Positions 36,994 to 50,289 of a stretch of 64,000 nucleotides of DNA are shown in pieces (position 1 is the first letter of the stretch; the number at the start of each line of letters is the position of its first letter). Below the pieces are notes generated by a model, which did not search any database, was not told where the DNA came from, and saw only the letters and a list, made by a program, of their open reading frames with translations. This stretch comes from Sphagnum compactum. Taxonomy: Eukaryota. Position numbers and translations under genes: made by a program. The stretch is from contig OZ234494.1 in the NCBI GenBank assembly GCA_965153455.1, positions 10,974,001 through 11,038,000 on the forward strand. Direction: 5' to 3'.

Positions 36994-37911
36994 TGTTGCA
37001 ACCCTAGTCTTGGGCTCGCGACCAAAACAAAGGCTTGCAAAGGTGCAGGCCAAGAGTGAAGCCCGAGAGTCACATTTCATGCTCTCGGGAGTGTAAGAGA
37101 GTGTTAGGGAATGAACTTCCACATTCCCAAGTGAGCTCCCACTTTAAGAGTTGGAGTCCCGATGGATTCCCGAATCTTCAGAGGGCGATTTCAGGGGCCA
37201 AACTCATTGGATTGAGGATTTCTTTATACCATTGAAAAGCCAATGGAACTTAAATGTCTAAAATGGGTTCCCATGACTCATTTGGGTACTTAAAACACAA
37301 GTTATGGCCAAAAGAAAGGCTAGGAATCAAATTGCCAATTTGATTCTCGACCATTAAAAGTCTGGAATCGCCCTGATTTACTTGTGTGAAAATAGCGGGT
37401 CACATATTGTTGAAAAGCTCTCGACAAGGGCTACAACTTTGCTTCAAACCTCACTCAATCGAAGGTCTACACAAAAAATTATGGGCCTCCGAAGTCACAG
37501 GAATCCTAATTTGGGGAATTTCGAGATTGCAACTTGGGAGTCCCGGGACAAAATGACATTTGGGTGTTAACCCCATGGCCAAGCACAGATAATACTATAA
37601 GGGGGAAGGTGGTGGTTTCCCCCAAGTTCGGGCCATGGTGAGTCTTGTGAGTCCGTGTTTGCTCGTGGCTTGTCCGTGCACCAAAAGTGCTCCAACTATG
37701 CACTAACCAATTTGTTGTTTGGTTTGTGCAGGTCCGTGTGAATAATTGACCTGCTAGTCACTCGTCCTAATCCCATCTCGAAGCTTTAGCACGCCCCTCT
37801 ACCCCCAAAGTGCTGCAGGTTAGGGAGCATGCCCAACTCCTTAAAGGATCTTTCTGTAGTTTTCACCTTTGGACTTACAGTTGTGTCTATCAAAGAGTTT
37901 GGGGTGCGTCA
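36994..37911 (+). mobile_element. Solo LTR (918 bp)
   Basis: Termini TGTTGCAACCC...GGGGTGCGTCA (TG..CA, imperfect inverted repeat). 5-bp TSD CAAAT / CAAAC. GC-richer than its flanks, with GGGAGT(C/T) repeats and no coding capacity. Confidence 0.85.
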
Positions 37912-40024
37912 CAAACCTTGCACCATAGCCTTGTGAATTTGAACAAGTTAATTTTGGTGGGAATGGGATGTGTTTAAATTTGGGGAGAAACTGGAAGTCC
38001 TTCCTTAATTAATGTGTAGCTATTCTTTTTTCATTGAATTCTTATAAACCCTAATCCTTGTTTATGCTCAGTTGTGTGTTATTTAACACAACCTTTGCAC
38101 CCCATCACCAAACTAATGGTGTTCACTTTAGTGTGCAATTCAATTGCCTATGACCAAACACTCATTCCCACCCCAAACTTGGGGCTATTGTAAAATTGGA
38201 CCATTTTTTTCCCATGACCAAACATTAAAAATACCCCTCATGTTCCCCTCTTGCATAATGAAAATCAACTCATCGCCCATCACTAAACTAGTCCCTTGTA
38301 AAATTATTCAATTTTTTTACAAATGTGCCCACCTAAACCCCTAATACCAAACACTTAAACTTGATGGTTGGTCACCAATATGAAAAACCTATAACATTTT
38401 TTTTCAACCAAGTATTTAGTAATGGGCTAAAAAGACAATGCCAATAAGCAATTTTTTGTTCTAACAAAGGTTAGTTGTTGTACTACATGGGTGTTCAGTA
38501 ATTGGCCTCTATTTGGTGGTGGGCTAGTTTGCCTTACATAAGTTATCTCATAAGATCCTTCCACATGAATTCTATAAAACCACAAATGTTGCCTTAATTA
38601 CCATCCTTACACTTGGGCCACCCACCTCCTCACTAGGTATTCATCATAAAGGTCTTGTACAACATATATCAAATACAACAAAAACCATGTGTGGATATTA
38701 TAACAAAGCACTTAAGAATATCACTTGAAGAAATAAAGGACCAACAAAAGCTTATACAAATTTAGCTTTTCCAAATTGAATTATCCTTTGAAAACTATTT
38801 TATGGGATTTAATAATTGGATTAAATGTTATTCATCAATAGGTCCAAGGGCAAATTAACAACATGTATGAACTTGGGCTTCACACTACCAATAACATTTA
38901 ATAAAATATTAATGTACAAGTTATTAAGAAATATGGTATAAAAACAAGTATGAAGATTTTGTTCAATATTTTTGTCGTCATGAGCATGAAATTTTGCATC
39001 AATCAAAAGTTTAGGTTGTGCATTGTTGTTATGGTAAAAAATAGTGTTGATTTTGGAACATTTATCAATATTTATGATCGTGGCCCTATGGAACCAAAGG
39101 AAGATTATATAAATTGTGCAAGAACTTGTTAGTCATTTATAGGGTGTAGATCATATTTGGAAATGATTTCATGAATTTTGTATCTCAATATAATAATGTA
39201 TTTTAATTTGATACATTCAATCCACCTACAACTTTGTAATGGTGTAAAATGTTTCCAAAACAATTATTGAACATTGTTTAGAAATTGGTGATTATATTTT
39301 TTGCAATATAATGGATCTAGAAAAATAATTTCTTCTTTCAATTAAGCAATCATTGTTGGGCCTATAGAGTGCATGACTTGAATCAACCTCTCCCTCGGTC
39401 ATCTCCTTCATCTTCACAAAAATATGAACAACCTCCTCATCATGCAAAAGATTGAACAAACTATAGAATTCTATTTGTTTAAGTGTCACAAAAATACCAA
39501 ATATTTTGAATATCCAAATACACCTTTGATTAAATTCCATGAAATTTCATTGTCATGGTTTTGATGTACTTGACTTTGGACTATCAAATTTCAAAACTTT
39601 TTCTAATTTCGTTATTGTTGCAATTTCTCCCACATAGTTACGATGTTCCAAATCAGTTGCAAAAGATTATCTAGGACAATATGTTCAAGATAATTATCAA
39701 ACAAATTGGTACCCTCAGATGCAAGTGATTATATTAATCCTTCACTGTGCACCCTATTGTGCGCTAGCAAATTAGCATTTATGCCTATTCCAGTCCATAC
39801 ACAACAACCAAATGACATAGAACCCCCTAATGGGGTATCACATGTTTTTTTTTTTAAACAAATAAAATTTTAACTCCTAAGAAAACTGAAATTTTTAAAT
39901 TTAAATTTAAAAAGAAGTTCAAGAGAGGTCCAAATTGAACCCCAGCTTGTCCTTGTCCTGTGCTGGGCCGGGCCCAAAGCACATTAGTCTCCACTTGTGT
40001 TTGGGCTCTCAAGTTTGACAAGAG

Positions 40025-40207
40025 CTTGAGAGCCTGCAATGATGGCAGCATGAGCTTCAATTTTCAAGATCACTACAACCCGCCACCCACCCTTCCCCCC
40101 CTTTTTCCACCCTCAAACTTGAGAGCCTGCAATGATGGCAGCATGAGCTTCAATTTTCAAGATCACTACAACCCGCCACCCACCCTTCCCCCCCTTTTTC
40201 CACCCTC
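40025..40207. repeat. Perfect tandem duplication, 93-bp period
   Basis: CTTGAGAGCCTGCAATGATGGCAGCATGAGCTTCAATTTTCAAGATCACTACAACCCGCC...CCACCCTCA starts at 40025 and 40118. Confidence 0.95.
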
Positions 40208-40786
40208 ACCTCCCTCCTTACTATAGTTGTTATTGTTGCTTCTGCTATTGGCACATGTGAACCCACCAACAAAGAAAAGGACAAGGCGAACGAGGAGGGA
40301 GAGCCTCCTCACCTCACCCTTCTACCCACAAAAATTCAAAGACTAGCAACCAAGCTGGTTTTATGGACAAGGACAAAGAAGACAATGGAAAAGAGGGCAA
40401 TGGTGATGACAGCCACACCCGCCACACCCCCACAAGAGAAAGAAGGGGGATTGTGTAGTCGCAAGCCCCTCCTCGTTTTATTTTTTCCTCTCTGAAAAAC
40501 TTCAAAATCAAGGAATTTTAAACTAACACAAGCTCAAACACACCAAAAACATCAGGCAAGCTTCTTTAGCTCAACGAAAAATGTCCCCAACTTCCACTGT
40601 TTTCCAAGTCCATGAATCCTGAAAGGTGAGTAATATTCACAACGTGTCTTCAAATTGTGAATTTTGTAGAGAGAAGTTTTTGACAAGCATTGAATGCATG
40701 CCATGTTTCCTCTCTTGTTAAAGATTAACCCCTCTTACCCTTAAATATTAAAGGCAATTACAAGTAAATTTATGGTGATGTACTAA

Positions 40787-41140
40787 AAGCATCTCCAGTG
40801 CAATTAGTTTGTGACCCTAAAGAACTATTTCTCACATCCAAGATTTAGTTATTTACTTTTTTCCAACCTTGCCCATAAAACTAAAACTGGGAATGCAAAT
40901 AGGTGGGAAACTAAAAATTGCTACGCACTTGAATTAATCAAACTATCAAGCCAATCAGAAACAGGGAACAATCAATAAATACGGTGTGATGATATTTATT
41001 AGACTCTTCCAGGGCTCCTCGAGGGCCTTGGAAGCTGTCCAGGGTGACAGCAATCTTCCAATGAATTCAGTGGATATGACTAGTGCACCTCATCCAAGAC
41101 TTTCAGTCCAGGGCCACACGCTAAGCACCTGTGGAGATTT
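40787..41140. mobile_element. Possible PIF/Harbinger (Tourist-like) MITE
   Basis: Left end AGCATCTCCA, right end TGGAGAT (truncated inverted match). TSD not resolved. Confidence 0.4.
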
Positions 41141-42738
41141 GTGCCCTTCAATTCTCTCAGGACGATGTGTTTTGCAAGTAGTCACTTTGGATTCCATGAT
41201 AAGCCTTGGCCTGCAATTTTGACCAGTTGTGGCAGTTGTGTGTTTGCAAATTTCAAGTGCAGTAACCCATCACTTTGAACCACCTATACAGTTTCAATCT
41301 GTGGATATTGGAACTGTTCGCGAGGGAAATAGCAAGATAGATGGGGATATAGAGATTTAGAGTGTGCAAACTAATGTTAAGGTATGCCAATGAGATGGAA
41401 AATATGGGCTAACATCGTCAGTACCTATTAATGTATGTGTATACTTAGGGTATTCATCCTTCTTATTAATTAGTTGATGTACCCAAAGCTTTAATTAAAC
41501 CCTTTTTTTGGTGAAAGGAGACACTTGGATTAGCCCATCCAAATTTTTCTAAAACATTGGGCACGCCTCAAAAGATGTGCACCGGTGCTTCCCTTTGGCC
41601 CCCCCTTACAGCCTATATATATGAAAGTTTGACTTTGATCAACTATATTGGATAAAAGTGTGGTGCTAGTGGGAACATCTTGAGAACACATGGGGAACTT
41701 CATAGGAACCTCCTAGTAACTCAATTGGAACACAATGGGAATATGTTGGCATCAACCGAAAAAACAAAAGAATCCTTTTCCCCAAAACCCAAAAGAACAA
41801 AGCTGAGCCCTCCTGAATGCATGATTAGCCCTCTCATTGGCCACATGAAAACTATGGTCCCACAGCTGTTTGTCCACATTTTCACCCTTAGCTAATGGAA
41901 GGAAAGGAGAGTATAGGTACACAATTATCGTACACCAAATTAATTAATTGGGAGGGTCTACACCCAAAAACAAATTGCAAGGAGCCAAAAACAAAGTTTA
42001 AACATTGGCCACTAGGAACACTAGAAATATAGAGGTGTTTCCAAAGTTGGATATTCTTTATAGGTTATGAAAGTTCAACTTAAGCCCCAAAAAAAAAGGG
42101 ATAAAGTGTGGTGATATTGAAAAAGTTGCATGAGCCATGTGAACAATGCCTTGTTGCCATTGAAAAACTGATGCCATCAATTTGGGCTCTTCAAGAAGCA
42201 TACAAAACAAGATCAAAGATACTGAAGCCATATATAAAATTGTTGCCTCCTTGGAAACAGCACCAAAAGAAAAGCAACTTTGGGTTTTCCACCAAGGATT
42301 AAGTGATTCTCCACCCTGTAAGATGTCCCATAGGCCTACTTTCTCTGTCAGAGGTGGTCACTTTGCAATCACCCTAGCACAGTGGCCAAAGCCTCCCCTT
42401 GACCTAGACCACCCACATGGTTTGTTGGTCACCAGTTGACCTCGTGATACCCACTACAGATGGGTTTTTAAAGCACGGTCAACCAACTACCCCTTTTTTT
42501 ATGATTGAATGGCTACATTAAGTAACAGCCTTGGCGACATGTGTGCTGTTATGCTGAATTGCCATTGACCACCACCACCAACACATTTGAGGTGGTCGGG
42601 CATTCCAATTGACCATAGAAACATTTCCAAATTGCTATAGCCTGTTTGCAAAAAAGAGTTCAATGGGTTAGGAGTCCACACCAAAATCTCTGTTTCTGTC
42701 CTCAATTTTCTTCACCGCACAATGACTGCTTCAAAATT

Positions 42739-45700
42739 TCAGACATAGAGCTCAGAATCAGATTGTATCCTTCTCTTTTCAGTTGCCTCCCTTGCCACCA
42801 TGAAATTTAGGGCTGAGGTATGTGGAATGGCTCGATGAATGAGGGTGGTTATGGCAGACACCAACAGCCGCAGTACACTCATGTTTGTGTCTGGCCAAGA
42901 CATCAGCAAGCATGCCTTTTGGCCTTGTATTTGACACTGCACCCACAATCCAATGTGACTCACTTAATCCTGGGATCAACACAGAACATTGAGGCACTTA
43001 TTTTGCCAATTTAGGAGGAAGCAAAAGCCTGCTGAAACATAATTGTCAGCATTCAAAAGCGAGTATATGTCTTGCTGGCTATTGCTTGCTGACATCTCCC
43101 TAAGACTAATGCCATTTGGGATTATCAGTAATGAAGATAAAGCTTTTGTATTTTTGAAAAGCTTCTATATCATGTTGCATGTAGCCTTACATGAGTTATG
43201 AGGGCAGCAGCCACACCATCCACCAAACTGCCTGATGGGAAGAAAGGAGCCACAGCAACTTGATCTTTGTCTTCTGACTGAGCATCAGCAACATTCACAG
43301 CTCCAATAAGTTACTAAATGCAATCATTGTTGAGTTCAAGCACCACTGTATATCATACAAAGCTGGGATACTCAGGTCCTCAAGTCATAGGGTTAATCAT
43401 TCCCAGCAGCTCGGGAGTACAACTATCATACTCATGACTGAACCCAGCTTGACCAACTTGGCAGTTTCATGAGAGCAAGAATTTTTACTATTACAACATG
43501 ATCTCCACCAGCTGAAAAGTTTCTGAATGTTTGGTTCCCAGAGTCAGCATTGTTTAGCTAGCTTAAAATTGTGGAACCAAATAGCCATAGAACAATTCTA
43601 GTCTTTTGAGGGCAAGGATATTGAAACATTTGGCCAGAGAATACAAATACCTTTTGTTCATCGGTTTCCAAAACGAATAACAAAGGGTCATCTGCTGATA
43701 GCTTCCCCCTAAAATGCTGGCTTGCAATCGTTCCCAAAATCAGCACCCTATTTTCATCCTCAGAAAACACAGACTTTGTCATCATCTTCCATTTAATTAT
43801 ATGACTGAAGCACCAAATGAAGATTGTACAATACTCTGCAGTTCATGAAAATGCACTTCACTAACACCTTAAACCTTCTCAAAGTCTTTGGATCCCTCAC
43901 CTTTTGTTCTCACCAAAAAGCAAGGGAGAACTGTCCAAAAAGACTGCAATCCAAACCTATAAGGATGATTTGTCCAAGCTTCTGACAGGCAGATGAAGAT
44001 CTAAGGTTTCTTCGTGCTCACTCCAGCATAAGCTCCAGCGAAAAAAAAAAAATCTTCTCAACAAAGGCACAACACACTAAATGAAGAGTGGAAACTAGTA
44101 TCAATTCATATCGATCAGATAGAAGAAAAAACTCCACAATAACACTGTGAAGGTAACCATTGTGTCAATTCCAGTAAAACCAAAGTGACCACAATAAGAT
44201 GAGTGCAGTCATAACCTCTCACAGAGTATCAGACCACCCCTCCATCATGAAGGGCAGGGACTAGCTGCCATTACTCCCTACTGGCATCATCAGCACCCTA
44301 AATTAAGAAAATCTGCATCCCAAGTTTTTGTCATGTTTCTAGAAGCAACAGAAAGACTTGATCACAATGTTATATAGAACACAAGAGACATAGCAAATCA
44401 AAAGAGCCAATGGAATCCTCATTCAAGCTGCTTAATGAAATGGAGGTAAGCTTCTGGTAAATCCAACTATTGGATAATCCTGCTACTGGTATCAACTCAA
44501 TGCACACATAAAAAGGACAAAAGGGGATAGTGGGAATACCTGCTGGGTTGTATGGCCTTAAAAACTGTCTTTGTCCAGAGACTTGAATGTTCAGGAGATA
44601 TTGAGTACTGAGCGCTGACTAGCACCACTGAAGCATCTGAATCCACTGCAAATATATAGCACTCTTTGTTGTGTGGACTTGGCTCAACAAAATTATTCAC
44701 CTACCCCAACATAATGGTGACAAGAGAACAAATGCTGTTAACCACATATCTATGAGATTGCAGAGAAATCTCCAAACAAGATTTCCACAGTGAACCAACA
44801 ATGAATGCAGTCATATCCTTATGAGAGTCACTCACAAAGTGTCAGACCATCACCTTCATCATGAACAGCAGTGACAAGCTGCCAAAACTACCCATTGATA
44901 TCATCACCTCCCCACAGTGGGTGCAGATAAGAATATGATAATCAACTGAAATTCCAGGAAAATTATTAAACAAACATCTGTGTCCTGGTTTTCTCTCACA
45001 TTTCCAGAAGCAACAGGAAGACAGTCATGATGTTGGTAGCACTCAAGAGAAATACATGATCAAAAAAAGTTAATAGCATCCTCATTGAAGGTGCAACAAA
45101 CTTGTGAGGGCAGCTTCATTTCATTTTAACTCATCCCTGTAGAAGCAAGCATCTAACCCTACGGAATCAAGAGGCCTACATAGAGGGTAGTGGTTGGGCC
45201 TCCTGCCCCCTGAACAGAAGCCTGTTACCAGAGTGCAGTCCTGTCCACTGTCTACATCTCATGCTGAATGTTTGGCCCTTTCCCAGTTAAATATTTGGGT
45301 GAATGCAAGCAACTACTCACCATGGAAATATCTGGGAAAATGATTGAACCAATAATTCTTTTGCCAGGTAAATTATGAAGGAGGTGTGCGCCTACATTCG
45401 ATTGAGACAGAAGTAAAAGGGAGGGTCGAAGAACTCCTGATTGAAGAAGCTTCTTCATTGATGGAGCCCACTGTAAAACCAGCACATTGGGGTTACATCA
45501 ACCAAAACCATTACTATGGACCATCAGCTCCACTCATACCATGTGCCAAAGAAACCTCTAGTGTCAGCATCACTTCATCCATTTAAGAACCCTTGCTCTC
45601 ATATGCAACCTATGGAACCTTTTCCATGATCTCCTGAGGAGATCCAGAACATTTTCTACAAATGTACATCTACAATTTAGAACTTTTTCCATCCAAGTGT

Positions 45701-46169
45701 CTATATATCTGCAACCTACAGGTACCAGTACAACATTGAATTGGCATTTGAGGAAAGGTAAGATGTCACAATGTTTCAATTTTCTCTCTTATGAAAGCAA
45801 TACCCCAAACACAATACTATCATAAGCGTACGCCTGAATCAAGACCCGTCAATACATAATGAATCTTCTTTTCTACTGGAAAACCATTGACCTCATCTAA
45901 ACCCTAAACATAACCCTCCTGGACAAACATCATCATTTTTACAAGCTTGTACAAAACCTCAACTGAACACCAGGAATTAGAGGTCTAGTCTGCAAACCAG
46001 CAACTGCCAAGAAGGGGTGGAGAGCACTGTTGGGAGTTGAAGCACACACCACAATAAAAGGAGGGCTGATGTCGACAGATTCTGGGCCCAGAGCAAAACT
46101 ATTCAGATCTTCAGGATCAAACCGAGATGGCGGAGGAAGATCGGTGAGAGGATCAGGCATACCCGCCAT
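42739..46169 (-). CDS. PBAC1: Proteasome assembly chaperone 1 (PBAC1/PAC1/PSMG1), 6 exons, 270 aa
   Basis: Exons 46169-46050, 45470-45321, 44700-44540, 43747-43651, 43277-43191 and 42936-42739 are all GT..AG with consistent phases (813 nt). Plant PBAC1-type motifs: LTDLPPPSRF..EDLNSF, LRPSLL, VEPS..KEC, FRGKLS.D, FPSGSLVDG, CQ..SWP. C-terminal HbYX motif SELYV. Confidence 0.9.
44185..45095. repeat. Diverged about 250-300-bp direct repeat in the PBAC1 introns flanking exon 3 (about 44185-44432 and about 44790-45093)
   Basis: Shared blocks ATGA(G/A)TGCAGTCATA, TCAGACCA, CATCATGAA, AGCTGCCA, AGAAGCAACAG, ATCCTCATT. Confidence 0.75.
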
Positions 46170-46479
46170 TGATTCCCCCCAACGACACACCCAAAAAAAT
46201 GCACCACTTTCAGAACTCCTGCAAACAACCGCACGAACAGAACACACAAAGGTCAAACACATGAGCAAAGTTCAAAAATCTAGTCACAATGAAAAAGATA
46301 ATTGCAGCAAACCTCCCTTGAGTAGAAAAGGATTTCCATCTCACCTAAAACTCAGTGCCCAAAGTAATTTCCCCCTTGTATTCAGCGCATGCTCTGCATC
46401 AATCCATGAATCCCCGAGTATGTACAATGGGTCCTCCAAATGTTGATCCTGATTACTTCCTTGCTTTCTTTCTTCCTTC

Positions 46480-46680
46480 CTTCCTTGTTTGCTTGCTTCC
46501 TTCGTTGCTTGCTTGGATCTACAAGCATACTGGTACGAGTTCACGTTCTCTGTGTGCGAAATGTTCCAACCTGCAAACCCTAACCCTAAAATTCCTTGCT
46601 TGCTTCCTTTCTTGCTTGTTGGACCTCGTACGCGTTCTTTCTGCGCGCAATGTTGGAAGCTGCAAACCCTAACCCTAAAT
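46480..46680. promoter_or_regulatory. PBAC1 upstream region: duplicated about 90-bp unit, each with telo-box AAACCCTAACCCTAAA
   Basis: CTGCAAACCCTAACCCTAAA at about 46571 and about 46660. Telo-boxes are common near the 5' ends of plant housekeeping genes. Confidence 0.55.
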
Positions 46681-49600
46681 TCACATTTCTAAACGAGGCT
46701 CTTCACTTGAACTCCTGAAATTATCAGAATTTGGGGAAAAAAAGGACTTTTCTGACATTTACACTATTCTAATTCTCAACACATTAAACACATTGTTGTG
46801 CAGGTAATTGTAAACACACATATAAGTGCCGGTAAATTAGAAAATTTACCTTTACCCTCTCAAAGTGCAAAAGCCCAATTTACAATTACATGGGGAAGTG
46901 TAAAAAAATTCAATTACATTTACACAACTTTGTGTAAATGTTTTTCAAGGGAGAAGTGTAAAGTGTGTATATTACATACCCTTAATGACTAGGCTATACT
47001 ATTTTCAGTCCACATTAATTAGTTGTAAATGCATCTCAATTTGAATTGTATTCAATGTATTTGAATCAAATTTAAGAATTTCAATTCAACTTCAATTTGA
47101 TAAAATTCAAATACATTGAATGGAATTCAAATTCAATTCAAGAAAAACGGGATGCTAGTTGGTATAAAAGATATTGAATGAATATGATGTTGAAAAATAA
47201 CCTCTAAAAAACACCAATTTGAACAGTCACATTTTCATCTCTTTACTTGGGAATTGATTAAACAAATTCCAGTTTGAAATTGTCCAAAGGATGACTATTG
47301 GAATCCAAAGTTGTCCTACTTAATCTAATTTCAATGAATCATTCTCACCAGGATTCAATTAGTTGTGCCGCATCCAAAAGTTCCAAAAGCAAGAATGTTG
47401 GCAATGGACCACTTTGATTGGACCATCACCAAAAAAACATTATGAAACTTTGAGAATGTCCTATTCATTGGCACTCATATTGACAAAATTTGCACCATTG
47501 TTTCTTTATCAAAACAAGGATTTACATGAATTTACATGATGAGCCAAGGAAAAAATTCTAGATTAATACAAGGTTATTGAATATCAATTCAAAAAAATTA
47601 TAATTTTTTAAAATCTATCTCATATGTTCCTATATGATTGTTAGTAGTTCATCATTATTTATGTCAATTTCAATTTTGATTCAGTTAGATAACATGGACA
47701 TGGAAAGGCACAATTTGAAAAGGAAAGTGTGCCTTTTTCATGTTTGTGTACATGGAGAGGGGAAAGGAATGAAGTAGTTATTTTTTGAAAAGGTATTGAA
47801 ATAATCTTTTTTGAATAACATAGTAACAACATTATAAACAAAATGGATTGCTTGAAGCCATAGACTCTAGATGAATCCATAGAACACTTACACCATTTTA
47901 CAAAGCTTAAAATGAAATTACATGATTTTAATTATACATGTCCAAGGTTAGGCATTTACATGAACTATAAATAAGTTTGTTATTTACATTTATACGAAAC
48001 ATATATCTAAAATCATATACGAGCACAATATTAATTATTTAATTCATTAAAAATTGCTATACAAACTAGTAATGAATAGAAAAAGGAGGAAAATAATAGT
48101 TGTAACATATTTTCCACTTTACATTACCATTAAACCCAAGGAAGGGGTAGAAATTACTCTTATGTGAATAGATATTAGAATTTCTAACCTTTGGCAACTT
48201 CAAAGTGGCTTATTCAATAATTTGTTCCTTAAACCTATCCAGTGTTTTAAAGGTACATCATTACTTGAGAAAAATATGTTTCAAATGGTTGCAATTCTAT
48301 ATCCCCTTTGAAAATGTCTTGGAAATATGCAAACACCAATTGTATATATCCAAAACAAGAAAGAATACATTAATTTAAACTCCCTCCTTGTTGTACATTT
48401 ATGTGTTTCAAATAGATGGGAAGTAATTATGAAAAACCAACAATAATCTAGTTGTCAAGAATTCCAAACAAAAAGTACTTATCAAAAGTTCTAGAAAAGG
48501 AAATTTTAAATTATTAGTAATATAACACATAGTTATATGTGTGCAACCTATATCATTTTTAAATGTATTTTAAGATATACATAGGAAAAAAAGTCTAAAT
48601 TAGATTGATATATTGCAAGGGTTTTCGTCCCAAGTAAATGGGAAATAACTTTGGAAAATGCATACAAATTACAACAAACAAAAACACAAAAGGCCACGAC
48701 ACATCAATGTGTGATCTAATGTAATAAGCAAATGTAAAACAAAATAAGATTATGCAATTCATGATCCTAATATTTATGAGAATGAAAATTGTCAATGCAT
48801 GATTATCCATCAGAAAACAAAAAAAAGCCTCGGTCGTACATCAGTGAAAGGGTTCAATGTTTGTTCTCTCACCTATTGAAAGTAATAATTTGGAGGTATA
48901 CTTAACCTCATGAAGGTTGATTTCCCTGACAATCATCCAGGATTTATAGGGTTTAGATTGTGATAATAAAATGAAATAAAGAAGCTACAAGGAGCACTGA
49001 AGAAAAGGATGAAGGTGATGTATGATTTGTATGCATTACATTGCCATACATACTAAATTCCCTGGAAAGGAAAGGAAGCTACAATCAATAGCATGATGCA
49101 ACTTTCAAATTAAGCCAAGTTTTTAGTCCTTATTAATAATTGTTAATGAACTTTTTTTGCAAAACAAATTGTTGAAGAATTGGTGAAAATCTCATGTACT
49201 AGAAACATCAAAATTCAAATGGCACATAGATACCAAATTTGGGCCCTAAAATGTTATAATGACTTTAATATTTTGGTATTTTTCAAGTTAAGGATGGTAC
49301 ATCAGTTATGAAATAATTGGGTTAAGTAAAAAGAATGTTTTGAATTTATTAATGGTGCAATGGTGAAAATATTTGAATTATATATCTGTTAATTCTTAGA
49401 ACATTTTTGCATGAGCAAAAAACCATCCACATTTATTCATCAAGCCATTTTGAACCCTTGCAACACATTGACTTCAATTCTCATGGATTCCATCAATAAT
49501 ATCTAATCTCCCAATTCATATAATATGATTCCATTTTGGTGGTTGTTTGATTGAGAAAACGATTCAATTTGGAAAATGGGATGTACCTAATATAAAATGA

Positions 49601-49756
49601 GAGACCATTTAAAGTCAACCACCCAGGTTAATCGTGATTTTTGGCCAATCAAATGCATTCCTTTCATTGTGTATTTACAAGCTTTACATAATCATGCCTA
49701 AATTTGCTAGTGCAATCCTTCATATAAATGGTGCACTTCATTCAAACTATGTTGTA

Positions 49757-50289
49757 CTAGTGGGCTCCCGTGCCTGCAAGGCACGACACGGCACTGGGAA
49801 AAAACTGGGAGTCCAAAGGAGACCCCAAAGAACTCCTAATTGGACGCAACTTACGAATACATAAATATTTCATCCACATAATCAATCCATCGAAAACTCT
49901 AAGTGGACAAAACTACAAAATCTTTAATATTTCATCCACAAATCATTCCTCCTAATTGGACGGAACTACAAATACATGATATCTCGTCCTCATAACCACC
50001 CATCCAGAACTCTGAGCTCATTGCACGGAACTAAAAACGTATAATATTTCATCCACATAATCACAGAACTGCCGGGTTTTCGTGCACAGAACTGCCGGGT
50101 TTCACGAAAACCCGGAAAAGAGGAGCCAGGCAGGTTTCAGGACCTCGACCAGACGGACAGACAGGCGGGTCCCGATCTGGGTTTCAGGACCTCGACGGAC
50201 GGACAGTTGGGACCTGGGTTTCAAGACCTCGCCTGTCAGGACCTCGACGCACGCACGGACGGACGCAACAAGTGACTTTATATATAAGA
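49757..50289 (-). mobile_element. Non-autonomous Helitron, copy 2 (533 bp)
   Basis: Same 5' TCTTATATATAAA, same 3' hairpin plus CTAG, and an A|T insertion site. The 3' approximately 260 bp is nearly identical to 9464-9726. Confidence 0.9.

Noticed and set aside
39960..40226. Pro-rich repeated peptide ORF (extensin or peptide-hormone-like)
   Set aside because: Non-ATG start, no signal peptide, and fully explained by the 93-bp DNA duplication.
46030..46692. Several plus-strand ORFs near the PBAC1 5' end as a divergent gene
   Set aside because: Antisense to exon 1 or derived from low-complexity duplicated promoter/UTR sequence; no recognisable domain.
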